Assembly (NCBI GenBank): GCA_041687335.1
Contig: JAWLCE010000005.1
Coordinates: 13,201-77,200, forward strand
Length of the DNA: 64,000 nt
Source of the DNA: Sumerlaeia bacterium
GTDB lineage: Bacteria; Sumerlaeota; Sumerlaeia; MVZB01
Direction of reading: 5' to 3'
The first letter of the stretch is position 1, and the number at the start of each line of letters is the position of its first letter. Below are positions 10,927-20,010 of the stretch, one piece after another. The position numbers and the translations under genes were made by a program. A model generated the notes under the pieces. It saw only the letters and a program-made list of their open reading frames with translations, searched no databases and had not been told where the DNA came from.

Positions 10927-11613
10927 ATGAATGCAATTGCGGAGGGGTTGGCGCGGGTGCGGCGGCGCATGGCGGAGGCCGCCGGCCGGGCCGGCCGCGA
11001 TCCGGGGGAGATCGAGCTGGTGGCGATCAGCAAGACGCACCCGGCGGAATGCGTGCGGGCGGCGCTGGCGGCGGGGCAGGGGCTGTTCGGTGAGAACCGC
11101 ATCCAGGAGGCGCTGGTCAAGCTCGACGAGCTGGCCGGCGAGCCGGTGCGCTGGCACCTGGTGGGGCACCTGCAGCGCAACAAGGCCCGCCAGGCGGTCG
11201 GGCGCTTCGAGCTGATCCATTCGGTCGATTCGGTGGAACTGATCGAGGAACTGGAGAAGCGGGCGGGGGCGGCGGGGGTGGTGCAGGCGATTTTGCTGCA
11301 GATCAATGTCTCGGGCGAGGGGAGCAAGGCGGGGGCCAGGCCGGAGGAACTGGCGGGGCTGCTGGAGGCGCTGGGGCGGGCGCCGCACCTGAGCGGGCGC
11401 GGGCTGATGACGATCCCGCCCTGGGACCCCGACCCCGAGACGGCGCGGCCGCACTTCCGGCGCCTGCGCGAGCTGCTGGAGGGGATCGAAGAGAACTCGC
11501 CGCTGGCGGGGCGCGAGCTGTCGATGGGCATGAGCGAGGATATGGAAGTGGCGATCGAGGAAGGGGCGACGCTGGTGCGGGTGGGCAGCGCGATCTTCGG
11601 CGAGCGTGGGTGA
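10927..11613 (+). CDS. YggS family pyridoxal-phosphate homeostasis protein (PLPBP)
   Basis: 228 aa, alanine-racemase-N-like fold, conserved lysine context (ELVAISKTHP). Only the ATG at 10927 fits; the upstream part of the 690-aa ORF is antisense to the peptidase gene. Confidence 0.85.
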   Translation: MNAIAEGLARVRRRMAEAAGRAGRDPGEIELVAISKTHPAECVRAALAAGQGLFGENRIQEALVKLDELAGEPVRWHLVGHLQRNKARQAVGRFELIHSVDSVELIEELEKRAGAAGVVQAILLQINVSGEGSKAGARPEELAGLLEALGRAPHLSGRGLMTIPPWDPDPETARPHFRRLRELLEGIEENSPLAGRELSMGMSEDMEVAIEEGATLVRVGSAIFGERG

Positions 11614-11747
11614 GGACGGGGGATGGGACGGGGGGAATGGGACGCGGATTTACGGATTGGGCGGATTCGCACGGATGAACAGCCGGAATGGGACGCGGAT
11701 GAACGCGGATGGGGCGGATTCGCGCGGATTTTATTGCTCTGCGCTCG

Positions 11748-14495
11748 TCACCTCAGGCGATAGAGGTATAGCGGGTCGTAGTCTTCGCGCAGGACTTGGA
11801 ACTGGGCGATGGGTTCGGGGTGGTGGCCGAGTATTGCGAGCGCTTTGTCGTAGCGCGGGTCGGGGAGCTCGAAGGGCTGGCCGTCGTAGTGCAGGTCGAA
11901 ATCGATCGGGCCCAGCGTGAGCAGGTAGTCGGGCTGGTGATGGGCGAGGCGGTCGGCGAAGGAATCGGGGCCGTAACGCAGGTTGACCGGCCGCAGCGAG
12001 GGTTCATAGAGCGTGACCAGCGAGGCGCCGTGCGCCATCAGGACCGGCCGGGCGCCGTCCGCGGCGATGATCGCTGCGACTTGGCCCGCCATGTCGCGGA
12101 AAGTGTAGTTTGGGTCGGCCAGGCGCCGGCCGATTTGGTGCAATTGCTGGGCGCCGGTCGCCGCCAGCAGGCCGGCGGCCCCGATCAGCAGGACGAGGGC
12201 GATGCGGCGCGGCCAGCCGCCGGTGGCGAGGCGGAGGCTGGTCTCGTGCCAGAGGTGGCGCACCAGCAGCGCCCCGCCGATCGAGTAGGGGACCAGCAGC
12301 GGCATCCAGTAACGGTTCTTGAAATTGGGGTAGGTGGCGAACATGCCGACGTAGAGCACGAACCAGAGGGCGGCGAACCAGAAGAGCGGGTGGCGGCGCA
12401 GGCGTCCGCAAGCGAGCGCCAGCAGCGGCAGCCCGAAAAGGATCAGCCGATAGGCGGGTTTGTTGATGATGCGCGCCTGATGGGCCACCTTCTCGAAATT
12501 GTCCAGCACCTCGAGCGGGTGGAAGGTCATGTGCATGCCGACGTTGGTGCGGTGGAAATAGCTGTAGTCAACATGGTGCGGAATGGCGAGCGCGAGCAGG
12601 TGCGCCAGCACGATGATTGTGAAGAGGCCGAGCGCGACGGCAGGCGCCAGCCAGGGGCGCGGCCGGCGGCGGCCGGTCCAAAAGAGAATCGCAAGCCACA
12701 GCGGCAGGCTGAAGATGGCGGTGGACTTGGTGTAGAAAGCCAGCGCTTGGGCGAGCGTGGAGAGCAGCGTCAGCGGGCGGCGGCGCGGCCCTTCGGCGAG
12801 GCTGGCCAAGGCGCAGGCGGAGAGCGCGAAGAAGGCCATCGGCAGCTCGGCCAAGGCCAGTCGGCTGAAGGCGAAGGCGTAGTCGCTGGTCATGAGCAGG
12901 GCCACGCCCAGCAGCGCCGTCCAGTGGCCCTCCCAGCGCCAGAGGAGGCCATAGATGAGGCCGCAGAGGGCGAAAAAGAAGGCGCAGATGGTCAGGCGCG
13001 CGGCGACGATGCCGAGGCCGAAAATGTTGAAGCCGAGATAGTGGAACAGCTGGAGCACGGGCAGGTTGTAGATGAAATTGAGGTCGGTCTGGGCGTGCCA
13101 GCGGCCGGTCTGCATCGCGGTGATGGCGTTGTTGGCGTACCAGCCCTCGTCGGTGAAGAGCAGACCGCCCTTGATCATTTCGGGGGCGAGGAAGTCGGCC
13201 TCCAGGTGCAGGAGGCGCGCCAGGGCCGCCAGCATGACCAGCGCCAGCAGGGGGAAGAACCAGCGGCGGGCGCGCAGGGGGGGGCGCGGGGTGGCCGGAT
13301 CGGGTCCCTCGGGCGGGGGCGCGGGGGCGGCCAGGGCGCGGTCCAGGCGCTCGGCGACGTGACGCCACTGAAGCTGACCGGCAACGCGGCGGCGGTTGGC
13401 CTCGCCGAGGGCGTCGAGCCGGGCGGGATCGGCCAGTAGCGCGGCGACGGCGTCGGCGATGGCGGACTCGGATTCGGGCTCGACCAGCAGTCCGGTCTCG
13501 CCGTGGGTGATGGCGTCGGCCGTGCCGCCGGCGGCCCCGCCGACCGCGGCGAGTCCGTAGTGGCCGGCCTCGGCGTAGACGATGCCGAAGCCCTCGACCT
13601 TGGCGGCGGCAGCGTTATGCCGGCTGGGCATGACAAACAGGTCTGCGGCGCCGTAGAGCGCCGGGCGCAGCTGGTCGGGGAAGAAGCCGGTGAAGTGGAC
13701 ACGGTCGGCGACGCCGTGCTCGCGGGCGAGCGACTGGAGGCGGTCGAGGTCCTCGCCGCCGCCGGCGACACAGTAATGCAGGTCGGGGGCGCCGGCCAGA
13801 ATGCGCGGCAGGGCGCGGATCATGACGTCGATCCCCTTGTGCGGGGTCAGGCGGGCGACGGTGAGCAGCAGGGGGCCGTTGGCGGGCAGGCCGAGCCGGC
13901 GGCGGGCCTCGTCGCGGGGGAGGGGCGGGGCGAGGGCCTCGCCGTCGATGCCGCAGCCGAGGATGATCGGGCGCAGGCGGTCACCCAGCGTGCGGCGCAC
14001 CAGTTCGCCGGTGAAGCGGCTGTTGACGAAGACCTTCATGCCGGCGACGAGGGCGGCATAGTGGCGGCGCTCGTGCCAGCGGCGGCGTGAAATCTTCGAG
14101 ATGTCGTTGCCGTGGAAGAGGATGCCGGACGGGATGCGCAGCAGGCGCAGCGCGTGCAGCCAGGGCTCGGGCACGAGGGTGGTGGCCAGCGCGAAGCGGA
14201 TGTCGTGGCGGCGGGCCAGCTCGCGGGCCTGGCGCCAGAACTGAAGGTGGCGGGCGCGGCCCTTGAGGGCGCGCCAGTCGCGGCGGTGGATGGCGAAAGG
14301 CTGGGCGGGGTCAAAGTCTTCGTCGCCGGGCTGGGACTGGGCCAGGACGATGACCTGCCAGCCCAGGCGCGTCAGATGCAGGCAGAGCTGATGGGTCATC
14401 TCGGCCACGCCGCCGACCTTGGGCTTGTAATTGGGGGCGAGGACGAGGATCGCGCCGCGGGTGGAGGGGGTGGCGTGGGTGTCGGAAACAGGCAT
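11748..14495 (-). CDS. bifunctional glycosyltransferase: N-terminal GT4 (GT-B, retaining) domain fused to a C-terminal GT-C polytopic domain (ArnT/PMT-like)
   Basis: ATG at 14495 (MPVSDTHATPSTRGAILVLAPNYKPKVGG...). The N-terminal 430 aa carry the GT4 E-x7-E region (GFGIVYAEAGHYGLAAVGG...ITHGETGLLVEP). The C-terminal 480 aa have more than 10 TM helices with a DEGWYA motif in the first loop, typical of GT-C enzymes. The 1619-aa track ORF is rejected as composite. Confidence 0.75.
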   Translation of the reverse strand: MPVSDTHATPSTRGAILVLAPNYKPKVGGVAEMTHQLCLHLTRLGWQVIVLAQSQPGDEDFDPAQPFAIHRRDWRALKGRARHLQFWRQARELARRHDIRFALATTLVPEPWLHALRLLRIPSGILFHGNDISKISRRRWHERRHYAALVAGMKVFVNSRFTGELVRRTLGDRLRPIILGCGIDGEALAPPLPRDEARRRLGLPANGPLLLTVARLTPHKGIDVMIRALPRILAGAPDLHYCVAGGGEDLDRLQSLAREHGVADRVHFTGFFPDQLRPALYGAADLFVMPSRHNAAAAKVEGFGIVYAEAGHYGLAAVGGAAGGTADAITHGETGLLVEPESESAIADAVAALLADPARLDALGEANRRRVAGQLQWRHVAERLDRALAAPAPPPEGPDPATPRPPLRARRWFFPLLALVMLAALARLLHLEADFLAPEMIKGGLLFTDEGWYANNAITAMQTGRWHAQTDLNFIYNLPVLQLFHYLGFNIFGLGIVAARLTICAFFFALCGLIYGLLWRWEGHWTALLGVALLMTSDYAFAFSRLALAELPMAFFALSACALASLAEGPRRRPLTLLSTLAQALAFYTKSTAIFSLPLWLAILFWTGRRRPRPWLAPAVALGLFTIIVLAHLLALAIPHHVDYSYFHRTNVGMHMTFHPLEVLDNFEKVAHQARIINKPAYRLILFGLPLLALACGRLRRHPLFWFAALWFVLYVGMFATYPNFKNRYWMPLLVPYSIGGALLVRHLWHETSLRLATGGWPRRIALVLLIGAAGLLAATGAQQLHQIGRRLADPNYTFRDMAGQVAAIIAADGARPVLMAHGASLVTLYEPSLRPVNLRYGPDSFADRLAHHQPDYLLTLGPIDFDLHYDGQPFELPDPRYDKALAILGHHPEPIAQFQVLREDYDPLYLYRLR

Positions 14496-14891
14496 GTTCA
14501 ACCATGGCGCCCTATAGGGGAGACTTTTCCGCCTGCCATTGTGATGGCGCGGGGCGGGCGAGTCAAGAAACGGCCATTGGGAAGGACTTCGAGCCTTCAT
14601 TTTCTGTCGCCAAGACGCAGAGGAATGGCCGAATGATGCAAAGGGAGGATCATCTCCTTTCATGCAGCCCCCAGCGCACATGTCACCTGCGCACGGAAAA
14701 GCGGTCGTTTTCGATTTGGGTCTTTGTTTAGATCGAAAAATCAGAAGCATGGGGGATGGTGCGACTGCGGGAGGGATGGGCGGAGAAGGGAAAAATGCTA
14801 TCCAGATCGGCCGGGGTGCTGCCGATAAGGTAAACGAAAAGGGATCGGCGCGCGCCGGGGACCTGATCAATCCAGAACAGCGAAAGCCATC

Positions 14892-17800
14892 ATGGAAAAC
14901 AGTCCGCACGTCATAGGGATCGATCTCGGGACAACCAACTCGGTGGTCGCGGTGGTCGATTCGGGCGAACCCAACGTGATCAACAACCAGGAGGGGCGCA
15001 GCAAGACCCCCTCGGTGGTGGCCTTTGACGAACAAGGCGGGGTCACGGTCGGAGAGATCGCGCTGCGACAGGGGGCGACCCAGCCGCGGCGGACGATCTG
15101 TTCGGTCAAGCGCTTCATCGGCCGGATGCACGACGAGATTTTGGATGAGGGGGACCTGGTCTCGTTTGAGCTGACCGCCGACGAGGCCGGACGCTCGGCG
15201 ATCCGGGTGGACGAGAGGGTTTACCTGCCCGAGCAGATTTCGGCGCAGGTGCTGGCCAAGCTCAAGCAGGCGGCGGAGGATTACCTGGGCCAGCGCGTGG
15301 GGCGGGTGGTGCTGACCGTGCCGGCTTATTTCGACGACAACCAGCGGCAGGCGACGATGGAGGCGGCCAAGCTGGCCGGGCTGGAAGTGCTGCGCCTGCT
15401 CAACGAGCCGACGGCGGCGGCGATGGCCTATGGGTTGGGGCGGGGCGGACGCGAGACGGTGGCGGTCTATGACTTCGGCGGCGGCACGTTCGACTTCAGC
15501 GTGCTGGACATCGAGGACAAGACCTTTGAGGTCTTGTGTTCCAACGGCAACAGCCGGCTGGGCGGGGATGATCTCGACACGGCATTGACCGACTGGCTGG
15601 CGGACCGTTTCCAACAGGTCCACGGGATCGACCTGCGCGAGGATCCGATGACGTTGCGGCGGCTGCGGGATGCGGCCGAGCGGGCCAAGTGCGAGTTGTC
15701 GAGCGCGTTTGAGACGCTGGTCAGCCTGCCGTTCATCGCCTACGTGGACGGGGTGCCGATTCACCTTGAGGAGCGGATCGAGCGGGAGGTGTTCGAGGAG
15801 CTGGCCGAGCCGTATGTGCGTGAGACGATCGAATGCTGCGTGCGGGGGCTGCGCCAGGCGCGGGTGCGCAAGGAGGACATCACGCGCGTGATCCTGGTGG
15901 GCGGCTCGACGCGGATTCCGCTGGTGCAGGACAGCGTGGAGGACTTTTTCGGGCTGGCGCCGTTCAAGGGCATCAACCCCGACGAGATCGTGGCGCTGGG
16001 GGCGGCGATCCAGGGCGCGGTGATGAACGGTGAGCTGGAGGAGGTCGTGCTGCTGGACGTGACGCCCCACACGCTGGGGATCGAGCTGCGCGGCAACCGG
16101 CGCTCGATGCTGGTGGAGAAGAATGCGACGATCCCGATCAAGGTCCACAAGACGTTCAGCACAACCGAAGACCACCAGACCTTTGTCAACATCCACGTTT
16201 TGCAGGGCGACAGCGACAAGGCCAATGAGTGCCGGAGTCTGGGGCGGTTCACGCTTTCGGGGATCGAGGATGCGCCGGCGGGGGTGCCGCGCATCCGGGT
16301 AACCTTTTTCATCAATGCCGACGGCATCGTGGAGATTTCGGCGGCGGACTTGGCGAGCGGGGCCGAGCGCTCGCTGGTGATCAGCCATGCCTACCTGAAT
16401 TCGGACCAGCGCCAGAAGACTCAGGGTGAGGGGCGGCGCAAGCGGCGGCGGCGGCGGGCGATCATGGAATCGTCCGACGGCAGCGGTGAGCTGGCGCCGG
16501 TGCGCGCGCGGCGGGAGTCGACCGAGGCGCGCCGGCGTGATCCGGCCGCCACGGGATCGGCCGGCGGCGGGGCGACCGGCACGCATGTGAATTTCGCAAT
16601 GATCCACGGGGACACGGAACCGCAGCCGGTGCCGCGCCAGCCGGCGCGCAGCCGGGAGGCTGACGAACGGCAGGTGGTTGAAGCGGCGGTGGCCGGCCCG
16701 AGCGCGCCCGCAACCGAGGCCGCTGATTCAACCATCGGGCACGGGCCGCGGCGGGCGATGATACCGGCCGCGGCGGCGTTGACGCAGACGGTGACGGCGC
16801 CGCCGGCGGCCCGGGGGACGGTGCCCGCGGGTTCCCCGCCGGCAATGCCCACGCCACCGGCCACGCCCGTGACCATGCCGGTGGCTGCGTCCGCGGCGAC
16901 GCCGGTGGCCGCCGATGTGGCCCCGCGTGAGGAATTGCTTGCCGAGCTGCCGGCGGAGTTGCCGGCTGAGCTGGCGCCGATGGTGGAGATCCTGCTGGAG
17001 GGGCGGCGCGACGAGAACGCCTGCCGGCTGTATCGGGACGCACGGGCGCAGTTCGCCGAGTTCTGCCAGCAGCGCTTCGACCAGATATCACTCCAGCTTC
17101 TACTGGCGCGCCTGCACCTGTTTGCCGGCGAGGCCGAGAGCTCGCTGGAGGTGCTCGAGCAGTTGCGGATGCGGCCGGAGGCCCCGACCGAGCGGATGCT
17201 GGCGGCGTATGATGAATTCTGTGCCCAAGCCCCCGATAGCCTGGCCGGCCGCGGCGAGCGAGCCGAACTGGCCGAGCAGGCGGGGCAGATCGAGCGGGCG
17301 ATCGCGGACCTTGAGCTGCTGGTGGAGCCCGAGGACGCGGACCCGGCCCTGCTGGCGCGGCTGGCGGGACTCTACCGGCGCGCGCTGGGGGATCACTCCG
17401 ACGCGGCGATCCAGTTCAAGCTGGTGGGGCTGCATCTGCGCCTGCGCGACATCGACGCGGCGATCACGCAGCTCCAGCAACTGGTGACGCTGCCCGACCA
17501 CCGGCATCGGGCCAACAAGCTGCTGGGCCTGTGCTTCTGGCAGAAAGGGATGCGCCACCTGGCCTGGCAGAAGCTGCGCACGCTGCCCATCAATGACGAG
17601 ATGAAGGACATCCTCTACCGGTTGGCCGACGACATGGACCTGCACGACGAGCTGCTGCACGCCAAGTATGCGCTGGAGCGGATCTATGAGGTCGACATCC
17701 AGTATCGGGACGTGGGGGAGCGGCTGAAGAAGCTTTCGTACCGGCTCGAGCTGCAGCGCGATGGGCGCTACGGCAGCACCCCGGCGCCGCGAACGGGGCT

Positions 17801-18599
17801 GGGCACGACGCTGGAGTCGGGGGGCGAGCTGGGTGGGCGCTTCGAGATCATCGAGGAGATCAACCGCGGCTCGATGGGGATCGTCTACAAGGCGCGCGAC
17901 AAGATATTGGATGAGATCGTGGCGATCAAGGTGCTCAATGACTTCCTCTGCGCCGACCAGGAGGCGATCGAGCGGTTCAAGCAGGAGGCGCGCTCATCGC
18001 GGCGGCTGACCCACCAGAACATCGTGCGGATCCACGACCTGTTCGACCTGGACGGCAAAAAGTTCATCTCGATGGAGTTCATCGAGGGGGACAACTTGAA
18101 GACGCTGCTGGCGCGCAACGTGACCTTCAGCGACGACATCGCGCTGACCTACCTGTTCCAGATTTGCGAGGGGCTGGCCTATGCCCACCGGCTGCATGTG
18201 GTCCACCGCGACATCAAGCCGGCCAACATCATGATCACGGCGCGCAATCAGGTGAAGATCACCGACTTTGGCATTGCCAAGCTGCTGACCGAGCACCAGA
18301 CCAAGACCGGGACGCTGATCATGGGCACGCCGCTCTACATGGCGCCTGAGCAGATCGAGGGCGGGCGGATCGACCATCGCTGCGACATCTATGCCCTGGG
18401 GATCATGCTTTGGGAGATGGTGATGGGGCACCCGCCGTTCAATGAGGGCAACATCGAGTATCAGCACGTGCACAGCCCGGTGCCCGAAATCACCCGCACG
18501 GTCAGCGAAAAGCTGCGCAAGATCATTCTGCACTGCGTGAAGAAGAGGCCGGAGGAACGATTCCAGACGGCGGAAGAGATTTTGACACGGATTGTCTGA
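14892..18599 (+). CDS. Hsp70-like ATPase / TPR-like region / Hanks-type Ser/Thr protein kinase fusion protein
   Basis: Residues 1-505 carry the Hsp70 NBD signatures (IGIDLGTTNS, DFGGGTFD, LVGGSTRIP) and an SBD-beta segment, with no helical lid. A Pro/Ala-rich linker and a helical repeat region follow. The C-terminal 256 aa (about 17829-18599) carry kinase motifs VAIK, HRDIKPAN, DFG and APE. Confidence 0.85.
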   Translation: MENSPHVIGIDLGTTNSVVAVVDSGEPNVINNQEGRSKTPSVVAFDEQGGVTVGEIALRQGATQPRRTICSVKRFIGRMHDEILDEGDLVSFELTADEAGRSAIRVDERVYLPEQISAQVLAKLKQAAEDYLGQRVGRVVLTVPAYFDDNQRQATMEAAKLAGLEVLRLLNEPTAAAMAYGLGRGGRETVAVYDFGGGTFDFSVLDIEDKTFEVLCSNGNSRLGGDDLDTALTDWLADRFQQVHGIDLREDPMTLRRLRDAAERAKCELSSAFETLVSLPFIAYVDGVPIHLEERIEREVFEELAEPYVRETIECCVRGLRQARVRKEDITRVILVGGSTRIPLVQDSVEDFFGLAPFKGINPDEIVALGAAIQGAVMNGELEEVVLLDVTPHTLGIELRGNRRSMLVEKNATIPIKVHKTFSTTEDHQTFVNIHVLQGDSDKANECRSLGRFTLSGIEDAPAGVPRIRVTFFINADGIVEISAADLASGAERSLVISHAYLNSDQRQKTQGEGRRKRRRRRAIMESSDGSGELAPVRARRESTEARRRDPAATGSAGGGATGTHVNFAMIHGDTEPQPVPRQPARSREADERQVVEAAVAGPSAPATEAADSTIGHGPRRAMIPAAAALTQTVTAPPAARGTVPAGSPPAMPTPPATPVTMPVAASAATPVAADVAPREELLAELPAELPAELAPMVEILLEGRRDENACRLYRDARAQFAEFCQQRFDQISLQLLLARLHLFAGEAESSLEVLEQLRMRPEAPTERMLAAYDEFCAQAPDSLAGRGERAELAEQAGQIERAIADLELLVEPEDADPALLARLAGLYRRALGDHSDAAIQFKLVGLHLRLRDIDAAITQLQQLVTLPDHRHRANKLLGLCFWQKGMRHLAWQKLRTLPINDEMKDILYRLADDMDLHDELLHAKYALERIYEVDIQYRDVGERLKKLSYRLELQRDGRYGSTPAPRTGLGTTLESGGELGGRFEIIEEINRGSMGIVYKARDKILDEIVAIKVLNDFLCADQEAIERFKQEARSSRRLTHQNIVRIHDLFDLDGKKFISMEFIEGDNLKTLLARNVTFSDDIALTYLFQICEGLAYAHRLHVVHRDIKPANIMITARNQVKITDFGIAKLLTEHQTKTGTLIMGTPLYMAPEQIEGGRIDHRCDIYALGIMLWEMVMGHPPFNEGNIEYQHVHSPVPEITRTVSEKLRKIILHCVKKRPEERFQTAEEILTRIV

Positions 18600-18601
18600 C
18601 C

Positions 18602-18967
18602 ATGAGCCATAGCGATACCAAATACCAACTGCTGGCCGATTTCAACCCGCACCCGGACATCTGCGTGCGGCTGCTCGAGCGGCATGGGCCGTCGTTGACG
18701 GCGACCCTGGCGGGCCAGTTGCGGCTGGAAGGGTCGGCCCGCCTGCTCGAGTTCCTCGTGGAGCAGTTCGATCGCCACCATCCGCAGTGTCTGATTTTGG
18801 ACTGCGCCGAGTTGAGCTTCGTGGACAGCCAGGGATTATCGATGCTGTTGCAACTGCACAAGGCGTGCCGCAACGTGGGGATCGAGCTGAGCCTGCGCGA
18901 CCCCAACCCCTTCCTGCGCGACCTCTTGCGACTGACGCGGATTGACACCTACTTCCACATTTACTGA
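18602..18967 (+). CDS. STAS domain protein (anti-sigma factor antagonist-like, SpoIIAA/RsbV family)
   Basis: 121 aa with the conserved phospho-acceptor serine context ELSFVDSQGLSML. The ATG lies 3 nt after the kinase stop, so the two genes are likely co-transcribed. Confidence 0.8.
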   Translation: MSHSDTKYQLLADFNPHPDICVRLLERHGPSLTATLAGQLRLEGSARLLEFLVEQFDRHHPQCLILDCAELSFVDSQGLSMLLQLHKACRNVGIELSLRDPNPFLRDLLRLTRIDTYFHIY

Positions 18968-19090
18968 TCATCAATTCTTGCGCCGGCAGGGAACGCCAGC
19001 CCCAGTTCCTAGTTCCGCCTTCAGGCGGTAGGGGCATGCCAACTTCTTCAGTATGTGTTTAAGCGTAAAAAGGGCGACATGGTCTACCCC

Positions 19091-19206
19091 TGTGGCTGCC
19101 ACTGTGTCGCCCCCTCAGGGCTCTGATAATTTGGCCGGAATACCCTGGGTTACGCTTCGCTCACCCAGGGCTTTTGAACTGTGCCCACCCTTTCAGGGTG
19201 GAATGC
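19091..19206 (+). repeat. structured intergenic repeat, family B (three-hairpin element), copy 2
   Basis: About 88% identical to 6636..6750. Contains hairpins gcccYYtcagggc, cagggtta-N8-taaccctg and caccctttcagggtg. Confidence 0.7.
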
Positions 19207-19361
19207 GGTGACATACCCGCCACGCTAAAGACATACCACGCTTGGCCACCATATGTTGCCGCTGCCGCGGCTTTGGTTTCGAGTGGTGTTGCCCGAATAT
19301 TGATGCAAAGTGGCGGGGGGTCTGGCTATGCTGGGGTTGGATTTTCTGCAAGGAGAAATGG

Positions 19362-19979
19362 ATGAACCGGCCCATCGATACCCAGCGGTTGCGCCAGCTT
19401 GAAGAGCAGGCGCAGGAGTGCGAGCGCGAGGATGATTACGCCAGCGCGCTGGAAATCTATGAGGCGATCGACCGCGAGGGCTGGGCCCAGGTCAAGCACC
19501 TGCTGGCGATGGGGGAATGCTGCATGCGGATCCGCCAGCGCCAGAGTGCACGGCGGTATTGGACGCGGGCCTGGGAGCTTGACCCGGGCCAGAGTCGCGC
19601 CAGTGAGCTGCTGGACCGATTCTTTCCTGGCTGGGAGAAGGTCGCGGCCAGCACTCAGAGCCCGATTCCGCCAACGCCGGCCGTGAAGGCGGGCGGGCTG
19701 AGCGTGGAGATGATCCAGCCGACCAAACCCGCTCCCGCGCCGGCGCGGGCGGCCGCCCCGCCGGCGCCCGAGCAAGATTGGCTGGCAAATCAGCTGAGCG
19801 GCCAGAGTAAAATGATCCCCAACAATGGCGGGCCGGCCGGGCAGGACGTTGGTGAACCGCAGCCGGTGGAGGCGCGGGTGGAAAACCGCGTCAACTGGAG
19901 CTACATCATGGCGGATGCCAGCGAGGAAGCGGCCTCCTCGCGGCGCAAGACGCCTCCCCCCGCCCGGGCTGCCCAATGA
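19362..19979 (+). CDS. hypothetical protein with a TPR-like N-terminus and a disordered Pro/Ala-rich C-terminus
   Basis: ATG at 19362 preceded by aggagaa. The upstream part of the track ORF (Cys/Trp-rich) lies in the repeat region and is rejected. Confidence 0.5.
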   Translation: MNRPIDTQRLRQLEEQAQECEREDDYASALEIYEAIDREGWAQVKHLLAMGECCMRIRQRQSARRYWTRAWELDPGQSRASELLDRFFPGWEKVAASTQSPIPPTPAVKAGGLSVEMIQPTKPAPAPARAAAPPAPEQDWLANQLSGQSKMIPNNGGPAGQDVGEPQPVEARVENRVNWSYIMADASEEAASSRRKTPPPARAAQ

Positions 19980-20010
19980 TCCTGAAGATGAGCTTCAAAA
20001 GGAACGCATC

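Noticed and set aside
11748-16607. 1619-aa ORF on the minus strand
   Set aside because: Only the segment downstream of the ATG at 14495 has protein-like composition and GT domains. The upstream 700 codons are antisense to the Hsp70-kinase gene and to the divergent intergenic region. This is a typical high-GC read-through artefact.
19242-19361. Cys/Trp-rich N-terminal extension (MATICCRCRGFGFEWCC...) of the TPR-like hypothetical
   Set aside because: It lies in the repeat-containing intergenic region. A good RBS precedes the internal ATG at 19362.
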